Positions 51,494 to 56,651 of a stretch of DNA of 56,651 nucleotides are shown piece by piece (position 1 is the stretch's first letter; every line of letters starts with the position of its first letter). The notes under the pieces were generated by a model that ran no database searches, had not been told where the DNA came from, and saw nothing but the letters and a program-made list of their open reading frames with translations. Position numbers and translations under genes: made by a program. Location of the stretch: positions 76,824,934 to 76,881,584 of the forward strand of contig NC_068981.1 in NCBI RefSeq assembly GCF_001194135.2, given 5' to 3'. The DNA is from Octopus bimaculoides (Eukaryota).

Positions 51494-52249
51494 TATGATT
51501 TCAGAAATACATCAAGAGTTTCCATTAAAATTAAGCGGGTGATTAGATCTTTGAAAGCATGAATGAAAATGTTCAAACTTAATAGTAATGTTATTTCTGG
51601 TACATGCTTATGTGTATCGTTATAGTTAATCTATAAATGTCTTTATATGAGCGGCCGTGCATTATTCCAATGGTATCTATTACATAAGTCATGATGGATA
51701 TATTTCTATAGTGTCATAAAGTTTTTGATTCAATAGCTAAACCTGTGTAACTCCTTAACTATTCAAGTCGATTTTTGAACAACTTTATAGTCATTTGTTA
51801 TTGCTATAGCGATTATATTAATTCACTATTTTTATATGCATCATGAGAAATGACGTCAGGCTAATTCTGTGTTATATACTCTGTATATATGCTCAAGTTG
51901 TATAGTATTTTCATAATGTTATTTCTAAGTAGGTGAAGCTTCGTTGGTGTTATAATCGATCTTCATTTCTGAGTGGTGTAAGTTGTGTGCCCGGACATAT
52001 ATAAAGTTGCCATCTGCATGTAAAGCATTATGTAAGTGAGTGCTAATATATATAAAGCAGAAAATATTCAAAATCTTACCTGAAATAATTTTGAGGCATG
52101 ACAAAATTGTGTGTAATATTACGTCCACCCGTTTGGCAATTACTGGACACAATGCTGGCGTATTTGCCGTTTTATAAACACCGCATCAGCAGAACATAGC
52201 CTTCATATAGTCGTTGAAATAGTGCGAAACAATCTGTAATGTTGTTTAC

Positions 52250-54700
52250 TGGTTGGTACATCATGATAACATTTCTTAAAGGAAAAATAATTCTTGAATA
52301 CCAACTGCATGAAAGACAATGATTATTTTAGTGTCAAGATATTTAGTGCGAATACAATTAAAAACTAACTGAAAATAATTATTTGATTTGGAAAAATAAC
52401 TCAGTCTATCAGGAATATCAATTTCATTTCTGCAGGACATAACTCCTAACACACTGATCACATTATTTGTTTACTCAGGCTAAAATAAACTTTGTTATAC
52501 ATTATATATGTTGAACATTTATATGTGGTATATCCTGATCGGGGACGTTTTGATCATGTAAAGGCATTAATTTATAGTTGTTCATCGTGGCCGTTGTATT
52601 TGCTATCAGTTACATTCGAGTGTCTCTATCCTCAGCTTTTCATTGTAAGCCGAAGTATCCGGCTTCTCTATTATTTTAATTCTATAGGTTCAAGATCATC
52701 TTACAGACATGCAAGTCTGCGTCGTTGCATTCTTTTCGTATTGCATTTTTCAGTTCAAAGATAATTTCTGTAACTGTTTGGAAATACCGAGAACTATTTG
52801 TAGCTTGTCAGTTTAGTTTATCCTCGGAGAGGCAGTGTAATCATTTCCTCTTCGCATGTAATACCTCACATCTAGCTATCATATAATAAAGTTGGTACCC
52901 GATGTACCCTGTCTACTATTGCTGTGATATATTTGTCATATCGACACTCACGATGATGTGATAGTGGGAGATCATAAACAAATTCGTATGATAATTTTCC
53001 CTTAGTCTTTTAAATAGGCTCATCTGTGAGGTCATATAATTTATGTTAGTCGTTGGGACTTTCTATGCAATCCAAGCACAATGCGTACATTTTCTGCGTT
53101 TCTTCGTAATCATCAAGTACCATATTTTTAGTAAGGCACTGCGCAGTTGTTCCATAGCTATTAGGCATATACTTCTTCCAGATCTAAAAGACCTGAACTG
53201 TTCTTTTATAGATGCTAGTCGTATTGGGGAATAGTACTTCAAGTAATTCATAGATTTCTAGCAGACAAGTTATTAAGCGGTAGTTAGATAGTCTTGTTGT
53301 CAATACTCTTTAGAGTATCCATTGTTATTCTCTCAAAAAAGTAATCAAGGTACTAATTTCGGATTCCCTAAGTGTTGAAGATTGACATTGTCTGACTCGG
53401 CCATATTTCAAATAGCAACCAACAATAATTTTCCAATATTATCGAAGCTAAGATGTTTCCAATGTTCAAAACAAACTGGTTACTCTTTGCAGCAGAGTTC
53501 ACTTGGTTCTAAGAAGTCAGATTCGATACAAATTGCTTCCACACGTTTTTTTTCTCTTTTTATCACCTGCAAACTTTTAGCTTTCCATATTCACATATCT
53601 TGAGAGGGCTTGTTACAAATTTTACGGCTTTTTTCGATCCTACCCTAACTAATTTCCTTTATGTTTCAAATCAAATACTGTATTATCTCAAGAATATGGG
53701 CTTTCAAATTCTGTTGCTGGTATATATTCTTATCATCGGTTCTAATTTTCTTACACTTAAATTTGTTTGAAAATAAAATATTTCTCCGAAATGTTTCCAA
53801 TCGGTTTTATCTTATTTCGTATGTAATTTATTTACTTTTATGTTGTTTACGTATTCTCTCCTATGAAATTTGTGACGGTTGTTTTCAAACGATTAATTTT
53901 AATCTCTTATTTTTGGTGAATATTGCTTCATTAAGCATTCCAATATTTTGAGTTGTGTTTCTTTCTTCTTCATGATATAGTTATCATATTAGATGTCTCC
54001 ATCGAGTGACATCTGGGTAATTTTATTTGATTCGCTACATTAAATTTCTATTCTACACTTCAAATTAGCCTTTCCGTAGTATACTGTTTGTGGTTGTAAC
54101 CCTTGGAACAAAAATTTCTAATCTCAGATTTTCTGTCTACATGAGAATACAACACGACGGGTGATATTTTACAAAACTTATATAACTAAGTTTTGATACA
54201 GTAAGATGTGGAATTTCTCTAAAGATATTAAATAGAGGAATCCTTAATCTACATTTGTATTTCAGTGCGTGATTTTTAGATAAAGCACTATCATTTTTAC
54301 GAATTCCTTTAGACATCTGTTGGTAACTGGTAAGTTGTTGATTATGTATTAGAACTGTTCGAATATTAGATTGGCGCCCATTCACTATAGATTGTGGGTG
54401 GTGTTTAGAAAAAGCATAGGTTAGATATTTTATCACTATTATCACCAATATTATGAATAACAATACTATGTTCTCTATTCTTAGAATTAGTAAACCAATT
54501 ATCTTACTCAATAATTCCTGTTTCTCTTTATCTATCTTCGGCTTTATCAATATTGTTCTTATGGTTTATCTCTGAGCAGCTATAATTAGCGATTCAGTTT
54601 CTTGTTTCAAGTTTCCATCTGTTAGCTATAAGCAGCGTTCTTTACTTCCAGCATTCGCGAACTGTTGCATGAGTTAGCCATGCAATTTCTTCTCTCTACA
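52250..54700 (-). mobile_element. Highly degenerate R4/Dong-like remnants (RT core plus a separate post-RT fragment)
   Basis: DM*IWKA (about 53590; cf. KMPNWKAPG), NYRLITCLLEIYELL (53241-53285), KKRRKCTHCAWI (about 53075; cf. AWIDY), DDL (about 52700), and GNLKQETESLIIAAQ (54570-54620). Confidence 0.5.
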
Positions 54701-55566
54701 TCTATTTGTTCTGTCGTTATCCTTTCTCTCCTTGAATTCTCTCGTACTTTCATGACTCCTTCGCTATTTCTAGCCAAAGGATAACATGAGCACTGCAATT
54801 TATGGCTTGAAAGAACACAAGTCGCACTGCTCACGTTGTTCTGGCTTTCAAATCTCACAAACATGCACAGTTATATACATTTCTTTCTGGCAGTAAAGAA
54901 ATGGGGCATTATCAAGGATGGAAAAAGAAAAGAAATTATTAAAACTGAACAAAGCTAAAAGAGGGAAAGTCAGTTACATAGCATTACTTAGGAAATTATG
55001 AAATCACCAGGAAAGCAAATGAATTGCCTAGTTTTCTTGAGGAGGCGAATGTATTACCAGAGCAGCAAAGGAATATGTAAAGATGTCAAAAGGTGGTCCT
55101 GACCTGTTGTATGGCGTTAGCATGCTACGAAGATATGTACGAATAAAAAAATATGGAAGAACTTGCCTGTTTGTATTTGCATTAAGAACGTGCAAAATAT
55201 GAAAGTCATTAGATGTATTGAAATGTTAAGTCGAACAAAAGTACCACAGAGTATATAATTAACCCTGATAGTTACTGAATTGCACTTTCTTGCCAAATCG
55301 CTAAGATACAGTGACATAAGCAAACTAACAAAGAGCTATTCGGATAAATGCAAAGGTGCATATAACCGCCCCACCAACATATGCTTATATATGTGTGGGT
55401 ACATGTGTGTGTGTGTGAGTGTGTGGGCGTATGTATGTCAGTGCGTGTGTGTGCATGTGCATGTGTTCTAGTGCGTGTGAAGGATAAGAGATGTTGCAAT
55501 ATGCTGAAAGCTTGGGAAGAAGTGGTAGGGGGGAGTATCGAAATATCTTCATGTAATACAACACGT

Positions 55567-56323
<757 letters not shown>

Positions 56324-56333
56324 ATTGTTGTTG

Positions 56334-56579
56334 TTCAGTAGTTTTATTTTTATGACGTGCTTTCACTTCACTACCGAGCGCAGCTCTGTGTACCTTGGAT
56401 ATGTGCTGTGGTTTGTTGTGATGTTCTTATGGTTACTGTATTGAAAGTGTTTTGCGTAGGATGTGTGCAGTGCCCAGTAGTGCAATTTTCTGTATGTTAT
56501 AAATATTTGTAAGTCCTGGTGTTTTCGTTATGTATTGGTCTGAATATTTTTTTTATTATACCTAAGGCACCTACTATGA

Positions 56580-56580
<1 letters not shown>
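56334..56580 (-). mobile_element. R4/Dong-type 3' end, family A (second copy)
   Basis: Highly similar to 37107-37350 (ttcagtagttttattttta...cgagcgcagctctgtgt...gtgcccagtagtgcaattttctg). TAA repeats on both sides. Confidence 0.9.

Positions 56581-56651
<71 letters not shown>
56581..56651. repeat. (TTA)n microsatellite to the window end
   Basis: Perfect triplet run. Confidence 0.95.

Noticed and set aside
54880-55330. Possible plus-strand RTE 3' remnant (LLYG-like motif)
   Set aside because: Motif matches are too short and frameshifted to call.

Overview
AT-rich, microsatellite-dense animal DNA with ten N-gaps, nearly all bordered by simple repeats. The SINE families, TTAGGG repeats and repeat density suggest an octopus or coleoid cephalopod draft assembly (inference, not verified). 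No host-gene exon could be supported, so the window looks intergenic or deep-intronic and consists mostly of transposon remains. DNA transposons: a full-span mariner with TIRs and TA TSD (452-1747), an older mariner, and a hAT transposase remnant. Non-LTR elements: RTE, CR1-like, Tx1/L1-like and HERO-like LINE remnants, a Penelope-like RT remnant, and at least eight R4/Dong-type copies from several families, mostly embedded in (TAA)n tracts and all on the minus strand. Three tRNA-derived SINE families are also present. The most notable observations are a fold-back MITE family carrying telomeric TTAGGG repeats (one copy has an inverted telomere-repeat hairpin), a minimal hammerhead-ribozyme motif at 25826-25868 (-), a 145-bp SINE-seeded fold-back, a perfect 21-bp hairpin, multi-family (TAA)n landing pads of uniform polarity, and SINE pairs sharing a triplicated target-site motif. 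Protein motif calls are manual translations compared with remembered family consensus; no database search was run.
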